A stretch of 64,000 nt of DNA from assembly GCA_964534465.1 (NCBI GenBank), contig CAZHOB010000003.1:14843-78842 (forward strand), written 5' to 3'. This document shows positions 56,020 through 64,000 of the stretch, in pieces. This stretch comes from an uncultured Candidatus Saccharibacteria bacterium (GTDB lineage Bacteria > Patescibacteriota > Minisyncoccia > Phycocordibacterales > UBA2100). The notes beneath the pieces were generated by a model. It was given only the letters and a program-made list of their open reading frames with translations, was not told the origin of the DNA and made no database searches. A program made the translations under genes and the position numbers. Each line of letters opens with the position of its first letter. Position 1 is the stretch's first letter.

Positions 56020-56301
56020 TTAGCACCATTTGTTGGTTCTAAGGCGTATCTCACCTATCTGCTTTTGGCTGAAACCCGCTCCTCTCAACTTACTTTCGTC
56101 TAGAACAAATGTGTGCCCGATTCGTCGGGCCAACGTATCGGTAGTCAAAACTATATCCACTGCGTCGTCGACGGTAAGTTTACTGAACGGCGTATTTTCG
56201 ACGAGACCACCCGGTCCGTGTGGATACCCGGGCTTACCACCATGACAGTCTACATACTTTACCGTCGGGTCGGGATTGCATTCTTTACAGGGGCAAACCA
56301 T
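56020..56301 (-). CDS. Hypothetical Cys-rich small protein (93 aa)
   Basis: N-terminal CPCKECN...C motif. No family recognised. Confidence 0.3.
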   Translation of the reverse strand: MVCPCKECNPDPTVKYVDCHGGKPGYPHGPGGLVENTPFSKLTVDDAVDIVLTTDTLARRIGHTFVLDESKLRGAGFSQKQIGEIRLRTNKWC

Positions 56302-56371
56302 TGCACACTCCTCAATGTTTCATCTGAGGGTGACAATACAACAAGGCTGTCCCTTCTACAATTACCTAATA

Positions 56372-56761
56372 TTATTTCTTTTTCGGGGTGGCCTTTTTCT
56401 TGGCGGCAGGTTTCTTTTCTGCTTTTTCAGCCTTGGGCTCTTCGGTTGCTGCGACAACAGGCGCCTTGGATTTATCGAGGGATTGGATCAGACGATCGAG
56501 CTTGCCGTTGAGTTGGTCGAGAGAGCGCTTGATCTCGCCTAATCCGATGGCTTGGCCATTTTGGCCGCCTTTTTGCTGAAGAGGATTTTTCTGATCTTTT
56601 TGTGGCTTCTTGGGGGGATTTTGTGCAGCGCGGCGCTTGGCGAAACAGTCCTGACAATATACCGGGCGATCAGGGCTCGGCTTGAAGGGCACTTCAGTGG
56701 CCTTGCCGCAATCCGCGCACGTAACCGAATACATCTGACGCACGGCCTTGGTTTCTGTCAT
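56372..56761 (-). CDS. Zinc-ribbon protein with lysine/alanine/proline-rich (histone H1-like) C-terminal tail
   Basis: CADCGK...PVYCQDCF (C-x2-C-x17-C-x2-C) then coiled region and KPAAKKKATPKKK tail. Start at MTETKAV. Confidence 0.45.
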   Translation of the reverse strand: MTETKAVRQMYSVTCADCGKATEVPFKPSPDRPVYCQDCFAKRRAAQNPPKKPQKDQKNPLQQKGGQNGQAIGLGEIKRSLDQLNGKLDRLIQSLDKSKAPVVAATEEPKAEKAEKKPAAKKKATPKKK

Positions 56762-56800
56762 ATGGCGATATAGTGCCACAAGTCTCCGAAATTGCAAGTC

Positions 56801-57178
56801 TTAGAATAAGTGCGGGATGAAAATAAAGAGGCCGATGATAGCTGCAGTAATGGCTGAAATGAGCACTGCGCCCGCGGCGACATTTTTGGTATCGCGAGCG
56901 TATGGATGGTAATCAGGTGACGTGAGGTCCATGTCGATCTCGATCGCAGTGTTGAAGGCTTCCGCAGCAAAAACAAGGCCGCTCGCGAGAAAAAGCATCA
57001 TCCATTCGATACGATCTATGCCCACGTAGAGTCCCGAGAATACCGCGCCGACAAAAATGCTTACATGTATCCACGCGTTGTGGGTGGACTTAAAAAATAG
57101 CCACAGGCCGCGGCCAGCGTGAGTAAAGCTCTCCGCACGCTTCACGACCGAAAATCGTTTTTCCGTGTCGTTTTCCAT
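56801..57178 (-). CDS. dgkA: Diacylglycerol kinase (prokaryotic DgkA family)
   Basis: Three TM helices. ..GLYVGIDRIEWMMLFLASGLVFAAEAFNTAIE.. matches DAGK_prokar core. Start MENDTEKRF. Confidence 0.7.
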   Translation of the reverse strand: MENDTEKRFSVVKRAESFTHAGRGLWLFFKSTHNAWIHVSIFVGAVFSGLYVGIDRIEWMMLFLASGLVFAAEAFNTAIEIDMDLTSPDYHPYARDTKNVAAGAVLISAITAAIIGLFIFIPHLF

Positions 57179-57221
57179 GGTTTCAGTATACCGTATACTT
57201 GAATGAGAAAGAGAGGTTCTC

Positions 57222-57584
57222 ATGAGCGATTTCGATAAAGCGGTGGCGACAGCTGTCACCAAGGCGGCGATCCGTGCCGCGCAAAGATACGATATCGACG
57301 ACGATATTCTGGCGCACATCCTCGGCGTGCTGCCTTCGATGCTCGCGGATATGAAAAGCGGGAAGGCCATCCTCGTAAAAGGCACGGAATCACACAAAAC
57401 GAGTATGCTCTTCGTGGCCACGGTGGTCGAGATCGAAGCATTTTTTCAGGGCGATCTATCGGAGGCCCGGGACTGGCTCAACGGATATTGCCGTCCGCTG
57501 GAGGCGAAACCCATCGCCTTGATGCAGAATCCGAACGGATTACGACATGTCTACGACTACCTCTGCGCCCGCCACGCGCGTTGA
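57222..57584 (+). CDS. Xre-HTH + DUF2384 (ParS/MbcA-like) antitoxin-type protein
   Basis: HTH-like ILAHILGVLPSMLADMKSGKAIL. C-terminal ARDWLNGYCRPLEAKPIALMQNPNGLRHVYDYLCARHAR matches the A..WL..P...LGG..P..L..T..G...V...L signature of RES/ParT-type antitoxin C-domains. No RES/ART toxin recognised adjacent. Confidence 0.5.
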   Translation: MSDFDKAVATAVTKAAIRAAQRYDIDDDILAHILGVLPSMLADMKSGKAILVKGTESHKTSMLFVATVVEIEAFFQGDLSEARDWLNGYCRPLEAKPIALMQNPNGLRHVYDYLCARHAR

Positions 57585-57630
57585 AAAAATCAGCGGCCAC
57601 TTTTCAGTGGCCGCTATTTCTTTGTGCTCC

Positions 57631-57933
57631 TCAAGCCGGAGAAACTTGGATGAGAGCCGTCAGATGCTCGTCTTCGCCATTGACCTTGGCGATCACGACC
57701 TGCACGCGGCATCCGCCGACATATTGCTCCAAATATCCTGCATCTCGCGGATATTTGTGGATCTCGCCCGTGAAGGCGTAATCGGCAGCGATGCGCGTAC
57801 CGATCCTGTTGAGCCTGACGATGAGATCGGCAGCGTCTATCGCTACGCCATCTGCCCTCTCAGCCGCAGACCAGAGAACTCCGTTCCAAAATCCGAGCAG
57901 TTCGCCGGGCTTCAGCTTCGCAATTTTCGGCAT
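57631..57933 (-). CDS. Hypothetical protein (100 aa) convergent with the antitoxin-like gene
   Basis: Strong RBS AAAGGAGGCATCC before ATG. No motif recognised. Confidence 0.35.
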   Translation of the reverse strand: MPKIAKLKPGELLGFWNGVLWSAAERADGVAIDAADLIVRLNRIGTRIAADYAFTGEIHKYPRDAGYLEQYVGGCRVQVVIAKVNGEDEHLTALIQVSPA

Positions 57934-58008
57934 GGATGCCTCCTTTGTTGACCGGCCAACATTGTGCATTGCTCGCACGTCTGTGTCAATGCATGGTACA
58001 ATTTTTCA

Positions 58009-58902
58009 ATGTTCGTAAAAGTGCTTCGTTCGGGAGCTTTTGTACTGGTGGCAGCTGCCGCGCTCTTTTACGCATATAAATATTATGAGCTCAAGATGGC
58101 TTACACGACCGAGCACGAGGCGAACGCGACGCTCAACTATCAAATAGGCGAATTTCTCGACAAACTAAAGGCTTCGAATACCGCCAACATAGAGCTCGGT
58201 TCGCAGATCGACGACCTGAAGACGCTTCTCGAGGCCCGCACGGCGGAGAACCAGACCAAGGAGCAACAAGTGCAACAGCTCTCTACCACTGTCAGTACGC
58301 TCGACAAACTTACGAAGACCGACAAAGAACTGCTCGAAAAATACTCATCGGTGTATTTCCTCAACGAAAATTACGTGCCCGCTTCACTTTCGCCTATTGA
58401 GCCTTTTTTCTTGAACCGTCCCACCAAGCCTGAGCAGATATTGAGCGGCATAGGGCAGCATCTGAATGACCTGCTCAATGCCGCCAAAAAAGACAATACA
58501 CCCCTGCAAATTCTTTCCGCCTATCGCTCTTTCGGTACGCAGGCCGCGCTCAAGACTGGATACAAGGTCACCTACGGAGCAGGTACCGCCAATTCTTTTT
58601 CTGCAGATCAGGGATATTCGGAGCACCAGCTCGGCACAGCCGTGGATTTTACGACACCGGTTACCGCCGCGACCCTCGTGGGATTCGATAAGACCACAAG
58701 CTATACATGGCTGACCGCTCACGCGTACGAATACGGGTTCATTCTTTCGTATCCCAAAGGCAACACGCACTTCGTCTTCGAGCCATGGCACTGGCGCTAC
58801 GTAGGCATTGAACTCGCAAAAAAGCTCCACGATGAAAATAAATATTTCTACGACCTCGACCAACGCGACATAGATACCTACCTCATAAAGTTTTTTGACT
58901 AA
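58009..58902 (+). CDS. D-Ala-D-Ala carboxypeptidase, VanY/M15B family
   Basis: N-terminal TM + coiled coil. Zn-peptidase motifs SAYRSFGTQ, SEHQLGTAVDF, EPWHWRYVG. Confidence 0.75.
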   Translation: MFVKVLRSGAFVLVAAAALFYAYKYYELKMAYTTEHEANATLNYQIGEFLDKLKASNTANIELGSQIDDLKTLLEARTAENQTKEQQVQQLSTTVSTLDKLTKTDKELLEKYSSVYFLNENYVPASLSPIEPFFLNRPTKPEQILSGIGQHLNDLLNAAKKDNTPLQILSAYRSFGTQAALKTGYKVTYGAGTANSFSADQGYSEHQLGTAVDFTTPVTAATLVGFDKTTSYTWLTAHAYEYGFILSYPKGNTHFVFEPWHWRYVGIELAKKLHDENKYFYDLDQRDIDTYLIKFFD

Positions 58903-58985
58903 AAAAACTTTGCTGTCTGCGCCGCTCGGAAATGCGGACGTCGTCCGCATTTCACTCACTATCCTCGACAGAACAAATTCTTCGA

Positions 58986-59531
58986 TTAGCCTTTGTACGC
59001 TGCTTCAAGATCGGCAATAACGATCTTTTTCATCTTGAGCATCGCTTGCATGGCGCGGTCGGAGGCGGCTTTATCTTTTTCGTTGAACCATCGCGTCATA
59101 TCGGGAACTATCTGCCACGTGAAGCCGAACTTATCTCGGAGCCATCCGCACTGCTCTGCTTCAGGCACAGCGGAAAGCTTCGACCAATAGTGGTCGATCT
59201 CTTCCTGATCCTTGCACTCGACCAAATATGAAATGGCGCCTGAAGGCTGAAATACCGGCCCTCCATCGAGCGCCATGAATTTCTGGCCGAAGAGTTCAAA
59301 TACACCGGTGAGCACTTTGCCGTCGAATCCTGCCATCGGCCCCTCTTTGATGCCTTCGGGATACCGCTGAATATGAACTATCCTCGAGTCAGGAAAAACG
59401 GACACGTAAAAATTAATCGCCTCCTCTGCATTATTGTTAAACCACATGAACGGTGTAATTTTCCCCGACGCAGTAGGTCGGGGCCCCGACCCCTCGGGGC
59501 GTCGGGGTTGCGGATCAGATTGATTGGACAT
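58986..59531 (-). CDS. VOC/PhnB-like family protein (glyoxalase superfamily)
   Basis: ITPFMWFNNNAEEAINFYVSVF and CGWLRDKFGFTWQI typical of PhnB/3-demethylubiquinone-methyltransferase-like VOC fold. N-terminal Pro/Arg-rich extension. Confidence 0.6.
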   Translation of the reverse strand: MSNQSDPQPRRPEGSGPRPTASGKITPFMWFNNNAEEAINFYVSVFPDSRIVHIQRYPEGIKEGPMAGFDGKVLTGVFELFGQKFMALDGGPVFQPSGAISYLVECKDQEEIDHYWSKLSAVPEAEQCGWLRDKFGFTWQIVPDMTRWFNEKDKAASDRAMQAMLKMKKIVIADLEAAYKG

Positions 59532-59554
59532 GTTCCCAGTATAACAGGACGGAA

Positions 59555-61936
59555 TTAACGGCTGATTAACTTCGCCAATCGATGGATAGCTTCAGCGAGG
59601 TCAACACCCTTGCCGAGTATTGGTTTCCACAGATCGCCTTTTTGTTTGAGTCGCTTTGCCATGGTCTTGATCGTAAATTTGGATGGATCGAGTCCTTTGC
59701 CTACTTCCCTCCACTCGAGCGGCGTAGAGACGGTGGCGCCTGCGTGCGGCCGCACGGAGTAGGCGCACGCGAGCGTTTGACCCAAACTGTTCTGCAAATA
59801 ATCGAGGTATATCTTCGCTTTTCGCTTTTTCGGATTGCGCTCGATAGATGTGATTTCCGGTAGGCGCAGGTGAACGATTCGCATTAATATTTCCGCGAAC
59901 ACGCGCACATCCTTATATTTATATCGCGCTCCAAGCGGTACGCAGACGTGGAGGCCGCTCTTGCCCGAAGTCTTTATCAAATGATTTTCGCACGCCACAT
60001 CGAGCACGTCTTTCACAACGAGCGCCACTTTGACGAGATCGCCAAAGGGGCGCTCGTGCGGATCTAGGTCGAGTATCATGTAATCGGGTTTTTCGAGTGA
60101 ACCGACGCGCGAGTTCCACGGATTAAGCTCTATGCAGCCAAGATTGGCCATATAAAGGAGCGTCTCTTTGTTGTTACATACGATGTAATTGATGAAGTCG
60201 TTGTTGTGCTCCGACCACACCTTGGTCCTTTCAACGAAATCCGGCAATTTTGTCGTCCAGTTCTTGTGATAAAAACTCTTGCCCATGATACCGTTGGGGT
60301 GCCTGTTGAGATTCTCCGGCCGGTCTTTGAGATACGGTAAAAGTATCTCGGCTACGCTTTCATAGTAAGCAATAAGGTCGCCCTTGGTGTAACTCTCTTT
60401 CGGCCAGAACACTTTGTCCAAGTGGGTCAATTGCGGCGTATATCGACCTACGAGGTCGATAGTGCTCGTTCGTTGTATTTCTTTTTTGACCTCGCTAGGT
60501 TTTTTATCTATGCGCAATCCGGCATAGATAGGATGTCGCATTCGCCCATCCGGTGTCCATTCCGTAAATTTTATCTGAGCTACGTACTTGGGTTTCACCC
60601 ACGTAATGGGACTGTTTACCGGCACCTCCTCGGCCACGGTGGGCTTTATCACGGCGATCTTCTGCAATTTTGCACGAAGTTGCTTCAGCTCGGTGTCGGT
60701 AAAGCCGCCACCGCTGTGCCCTACGTAACGCAACTGGCCATTTACATAAGCACCAAGGACCAGCGAGCCCAAATGCTTGCGCGAGCCGCGCGGCTCGGTG
60801 TAGCCGATGATGATCGCCTCCTGTTCGTGAACACTCTTGATCTTGAGCCACTCATCGCCGCGCACACCTTCGCGGTAGCGGCTCGACGCGTTCTTGGCGA
60901 TCATTCCCTCGCGACCCTGCCGACGCATTTTCTGAAAAAATTTCCCGCCATCGCGCATGACGTGTTCGCTGTACCGCAATACGTCGTCTTTGGGGATGAT
61001 CTTTTGCAAAAGGTCTTTGCGCTCGTGGAGTGGCTCACCACGCAGATCGCGCCCGTCGAGATAGAGCAAGTCAAAAATTTGATAACGAAGCGGGGCGGCC
61101 TTCTCCTGATACTGCTGCAGTGTATGAAAATCCTCGCGGCCATTACGTATTGCGATGATCTCGCCGTCGAGCACGCAATCATGCTTGATGCGCTTCAGAG
61201 AATCGACGACTGGCTTATAGATATCGGCAAATGACTTGCCATTGCGCGAATAGAGTTTGACCTCGCCGCCCCCTATCTCTGCGATCGCGCGATAGCCGTC
61301 CCACTTCGGCTCAAAATACCAGCCGTTTTTGTCGAACGGCTGGTCTACAGGCTTCGCCAACATCGGTTTTACATGCTGCGGCATTGTATCCTCACCACTT
61401 CGCCGCAAACGCAACTTTGTTGCATTAGTGGAATATTCGTCTCGCTCTTTGACGAGAAGCCACTGGTTCTGACCGCCACTTTTCATTTTTATGAGGGCAA
61501 ATCCACCCTCCAGTTTTTCTCCCTGTAGAAGAAATTTTATTTCGCCTTTATGAAGCCCGTTTTTTATTTTTTTTCGAGTCTCTTCAGGATCGGCGCTGTC
61601 CACACTTGAATAGACGCCCTTGTCCCATGTCTCCACCTTCCCCGCCCCATAATGACCTTTGGGAATGGTTCCTTGGAACTTGGCGTATTCGAGCGGATGG
61701 TCTTCAGTCATTATGGCCAAACGTTTGTCGGCGGTATCCATCGACGGGCCTTTCGGTACAGCCCAGCTCTTGAGCACACCATCGAGCTCCAAGCGAAAAT
61801 CGTAATGCAGCGAGCGAGCGGCGTGCTTTTGTACGACGAAATGGAGCGGGCCTTTTGGATGCGGGCGCTCGTGCGTGCCCTTTGGTTCCGGCGTCTCTTT
61901 AAATGAACGCCGCTTGTTGTACTCGGCAAGAGCCAT
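59555..61936 (-). CDS. ligD: Multidomain ATP-dependent DNA ligase LigD (PE-ligase-polymerase order)
   Basis: N-terminal phosphoesterase domain (..HYDFRLELDGVLKSWAVPKGPS..). Ligase adenylation motif EPKWDGYR. C-terminal primase-polymerase domain (..IELNPWNSRV..LDLDP..). Confidence 0.85.
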   Translation of the reverse strand: MALAEYNKRRSFKETPEPKGTHERPHPKGPLHFVVQKHAARSLHYDFRLELDGVLKSWAVPKGPSMDTADKRLAIMTEDHPLEYAKFQGTIPKGHYGAGKVETWDKGVYSSVDSADPEETRKKIKNGLHKGEIKFLLQGEKLEGGFALIKMKSGGQNQWLLVKERDEYSTNATKLRLRRSGEDTMPQHVKPMLAKPVDQPFDKNGWYFEPKWDGYRAIAEIGGGEVKLYSRNGKSFADIYKPVVDSLKRIKHDCVLDGEIIAIRNGREDFHTLQQYQEKAAPLRYQIFDLLYLDGRDLRGEPLHERKDLLQKIIPKDDVLRYSEHVMRDGGKFFQKMRRQGREGMIAKNASSRYREGVRGDEWLKIKSVHEQEAIIIGYTEPRGSRKHLGSLVLGAYVNGQLRYVGHSGGGFTDTELKQLRAKLQKIAVIKPTVAEEVPVNSPITWVKPKYVAQIKFTEWTPDGRMRHPIYAGLRIDKKPSEVKKEIQRTSTIDLVGRYTPQLTHLDKVFWPKESYTKGDLIAYYESVAEILLPYLKDRPENLNRHPNGIMGKSFYHKNWTTKLPDFVERTKVWSEHNNDFINYIVCNNKETLLYMANLGCIELNPWNSRVGSLEKPDYMILDLDPHERPFGDLVKVALVVKDVLDVACENHLIKTSGKSGLHVCVPLGARYKYKDVRVFAEILMRIVHLRLPEITSIERNPKKRKAKIYLDYLQNSLGQTLACAYSVRPHAGATVSTPLEWREVGKGLDPSKFTIKTMAKRLKQKGDLWKPILGKGVDLAEAIHRLAKLISR

Positions 61937-61939
61937 ACA

Positions 61940-62722
61940 TCATGTGCGAGCAGCTTTCTTTTCGCGCTCGAGGCTGCGGCGGAGCGCTTCCATGATGTCG
62001 CGCATGTCGGTGGCCTCCGGTTCCATTTCCTCTACTTTTATTGGCTTACCCTTGGCTTTCTTCGCAATGATCTTTTTCAGGTCCTCAGTATAAGTATCGT
62101 GGAATTTGCTCGGGTCGAAATGTTCCTGTAGTTGGTCGATAAGCATCAGCGCCATCTCGAGCTCGCGCTTTGAAAAGTCACCCTTCTTCGGAATATGCAG
62201 ATCTTCCGGTTTACGAAGCTCGTCTTCATAGCGCAATCCGATAAGCATAAGTGCATTCTCTTGCGGCTTTACCATGGCGAGGTGCTCTTTGTTGCGAAGT
62301 ACCCACTTGGCGACGCCCACTTTCTTCGACTTTTTCAATGCTTCGCGCAAAAGTACATACGCTTTTTCCGCTTTCGGGTCGGGCTCCACAAAATACGGCT
62401 TATCGATATGATCGCTCGGTATCTCGCTCTCTTCGACAAAGCTCACGATGTCGATGGTCTTGGTCTTGCGAGGCGCGGCTTTCTCAAAATCTTCGTCGGT
62501 GAGTATCACGTAATTTCCTTTCTGGAATTCGTAACCCTTCACGATGTCCTCATATGCCACCTCTTTGTGCGTGAGCTTTGAGATCTTGGCGTAGCTTATA
62601 GGCGCGTGCTCATGCTTGTCGAGCAAGCGGAATTTGAGCGCGCGCTCTTCTGAAGCGCTGTACATTTTGACCGGAATATTGATAAGACCAAATGATATAG
62701 AACCCGACCAGATGCTTCGCAT
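61940..62722 (-). CDS. ku: Ku protein (NHEJ DNA end-binding)
   Basis: MRSIWSGSISFGLINIPVKMYSAS Ku core N-terminus. 260 aa. 3-nt spacing to ligD. Confidence 0.85.
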   Translation of the reverse strand: MRSIWSGSISFGLINIPVKMYSASEERALKFRLLDKHEHAPISYAKISKLTHKEVAYEDIVKGYEFQKGNYVILTDEDFEKAAPRKTKTIDIVSFVEESEIPSDHIDKPYFVEPDPKAEKAYVLLREALKKSKKVGVAKWVLRNKEHLAMVKPQENALMLIGLRYEDELRKPEDLHIPKKGDFSKRELEMALMLIDQLQEHFDPSKFHDTYTEDLKKIIAKKAKGKPIKVEEMEPEATDMRDIMEALRRSLEREKKAART

Positions 62723-62838
62723 TTATACATTAAAATCGGTGGGACATAAGATTGCATGAATGGGGCACCTATATTGACAGGTGTACTATATTATGGTACT
62801 AATTCTTTAGATTCACGTCAACGAAAAAGGAAACGGCG

Positions 62839-63333
62839 ATGCTCACTCTCAAAACTCTGACTTACGAAGACCTCAAGGTCGGCGGCGAGTACATTGAGAT
62901 CAGTATGGACATAGGCGGCCGTCTGTTCCTAAGAAGGTACATCATGCTTTCCGAGCCGGATGAGAAGGGCAAGTTCCTCTGTAAGTGGCCCTATACTTCT
63001 CCGGGGGAAGCAATGGAAGTCGATGCGTATCTCGAAACCATAGGGTGTCCCCGCGGCAAAAGGAAGTGGCAGGATAACTTCCATCGCACCGTTCTCGATA
63101 CGCCAGAAAACCTACGCGTCGTCGAAAGCCTCGTCGCTGCACAAGACGCGAAGGGTTGGCTGACATTTCTTGGCGTACCGGATGCCGAATCTGCAATGAA
63201 GATGATGGCGTACGAACATGCACAGTTCCAAGACTTCAGGGAGCGGCTGGAGAGAACGGGCCCCTGTCTTGAATCGGCCGAATTGCTTGTGGCTCGCATA
63301 GAAAGCCGCCGAGCGCCGAAAGTTCTCAACTGA
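62839..63333 (+). CDS. Hypothetical protein (164 aa)
   Basis: RBS aaaaaggaaacggcg. No motif recognised. Confidence 0.4.
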   Translation: MLTLKTLTYEDLKVGGEYIEISMDIGGRLFLRRYIMLSEPDEKGKFLCKWPYTSPGEAMEVDAYLETIGCPRGKRKWQDNFHRTVLDTPENLRVVESLVAAQDAKGWLTFLGVPDAESAMKMMAYEHAQFQDFRERLERTGPCLESAELLVARIESRRAPKVLN

Positions 63334-63422
63334 TCATCCGCTGCAACCGGCGAGCACGCTCACCGGTTGTTTTTTTGCATATTTTAAATTTGGATGAATA
63401 CATTGTGCGGGACTTTTTTTAT

Positions 63423-63902
63423 TTATTTGAGCTCGTTCAAAAGAGTTGCGAGGTCGAGTCGCTCGGTGACCATCGCGAGAGTACCGTCGGTATTTTTCTT
63501 CCATTTCGATTTGGCGCGGTCGACATAGAGCTCGATGCCGTTGCCGTCGGGGTCGTCTAAGTAAATGGCTTCGCTCACACCATGATCCGAAGCACCGGTT
63601 ATCGGCCACTTCGCGTCCATGAGCGCCTTCAGCGCTTTCGCTAACTCTTTTCTACTCGGATACAAAATAGCGAAGTGATACAAGCCCGCATGCCCCTCTG
63701 GCGCCGGCGGCGCGCCCTTGCCCTGCCACGTGTTGAGCCCGATGTGATGATGATATCCGCCCGCCGAAAGAAAGGCCGCGGAATCCCCGAGCTTCTGCTG
63801 CACATCAAATCCCAAAATGTCGCGATAAAACTTTATCGACCGCTCCAAGTCTCCCACGTGTAAATGCACATGCCCTATTTGCGTTTTCGGATGTATCTTC
63901 AT
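63423..63902 (-). CDS. VOC family protein (glyoxalase / ring-cleavage dioxygenase-like)
   Basis: IGHVHLHVGDLERSIKFYRDILGF and HHIGLNTW..GIELY metal-binding H/E pattern of vicinal-oxygen-chelate fold. Confidence 0.65.
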   Translation of the reverse strand: MKIHPKTQIGHVHLHVGDLERSIKFYRDILGFDVQQKLGDSAAFLSAGGYHHHIGLNTWQGKGAPPAPEGHAGLYHFAILYPSRKELAKALKALMDAKWPITGASDHGVSEAIYLDDPDGNGIELYVDRAKSKWKKNTDGTLAMVTERLDLATLLNELK

Positions 63903-64000
63903 GGCTTCAGCTCACCCGACGGTTCGTAGGTGGCGATGATGACGCCGGTCGTCGAAGTCTTCGACTCGACGAGCTTGAACTTTTCGGCTTGAGTTCCTTC

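Noticed and set aside
57547-57951. 134-aa + strand ORF downstream of the antitoxin-like gene (considered as candidate RES/ParT toxin)
   Set aside because: Low-complexity translation with no RES or ADP-ribosyltransferase motifs. It is antisense to a well-initiated minus-strand gene.
60422-61234. 270-aa + strand ORF
   Set aside because: Antisense to ligD.
1-64000. Search for integrase/transposase/recombinase genes, CRISPR repeats, rRNA
   Set aside because: No ORF with recognisable integrase, transposase or Cas motifs, no regularly spaced direct repeats, and no rRNA-like sequence were found. The two 3'-end insertions therefore lack an autonomous mobility gene within the window.

Overview
This 64-kb window looks like a gene-dense bacterial chromosomal segment (GC roughly 55-58%) with mostly short intergenic regions and frequent GTG/TTG starts. 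About half of the genes are recognisable housekeeping or repair functions. I found no transposase, integrase, CRISPR array or rRNA.

Recognisable genes: tRNA-Ala(UGC); ddl, murB, a VanY-like M15 peptidase and a sortase (cell envelope); uvrA, uvrB and a short uvrC dispersed through the window, plus a Ku/LigD NHEJ pair at the 3' end; tyrS, lysS, msrA, pyrB, gdh, zwf, guaC, dgkA, a DEAD-box helicase, an M29 aminopeptidase, and a zur-zupT zinc operon.

The rest are small hypothetical or secreted proteins.

Most notable observations:
- A cluster of three mutually paralogous small proteins, one with a poly-acidic tail, around a secreted protein (15.3-17.5 kb).
- An ECF sigma / anti-sigma pair driving an extended HlyD-MacB-FtsX-type exporter bracketed by two paralogous membrane-anchored small proteins (18.1-24.0 kb).
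- Two small insertions at the 3' ends of lysS and the aminopeptidase gene; each leaves a diverged remnant of the original gene terminus and carries a small Cys-containing peptide gene.
- A family of Fur/Zur-box-like palindromes, and a 22-bp identical palindrome, that sit in promoters but also have exact copies inside ligD.
- An orphan Xre/DUF2384 antitoxin-like gene.
- A secreted PLD (Nuc-like) nuclease in a signalling/Cys-rich neighbourhood.
- A short PEP-utilising-enzyme-like protein.
- Two candidate small RNAs.

All calls rest on motif recognition by eye, with no database searches, and motif coordinates are good to about +/-2 nt.
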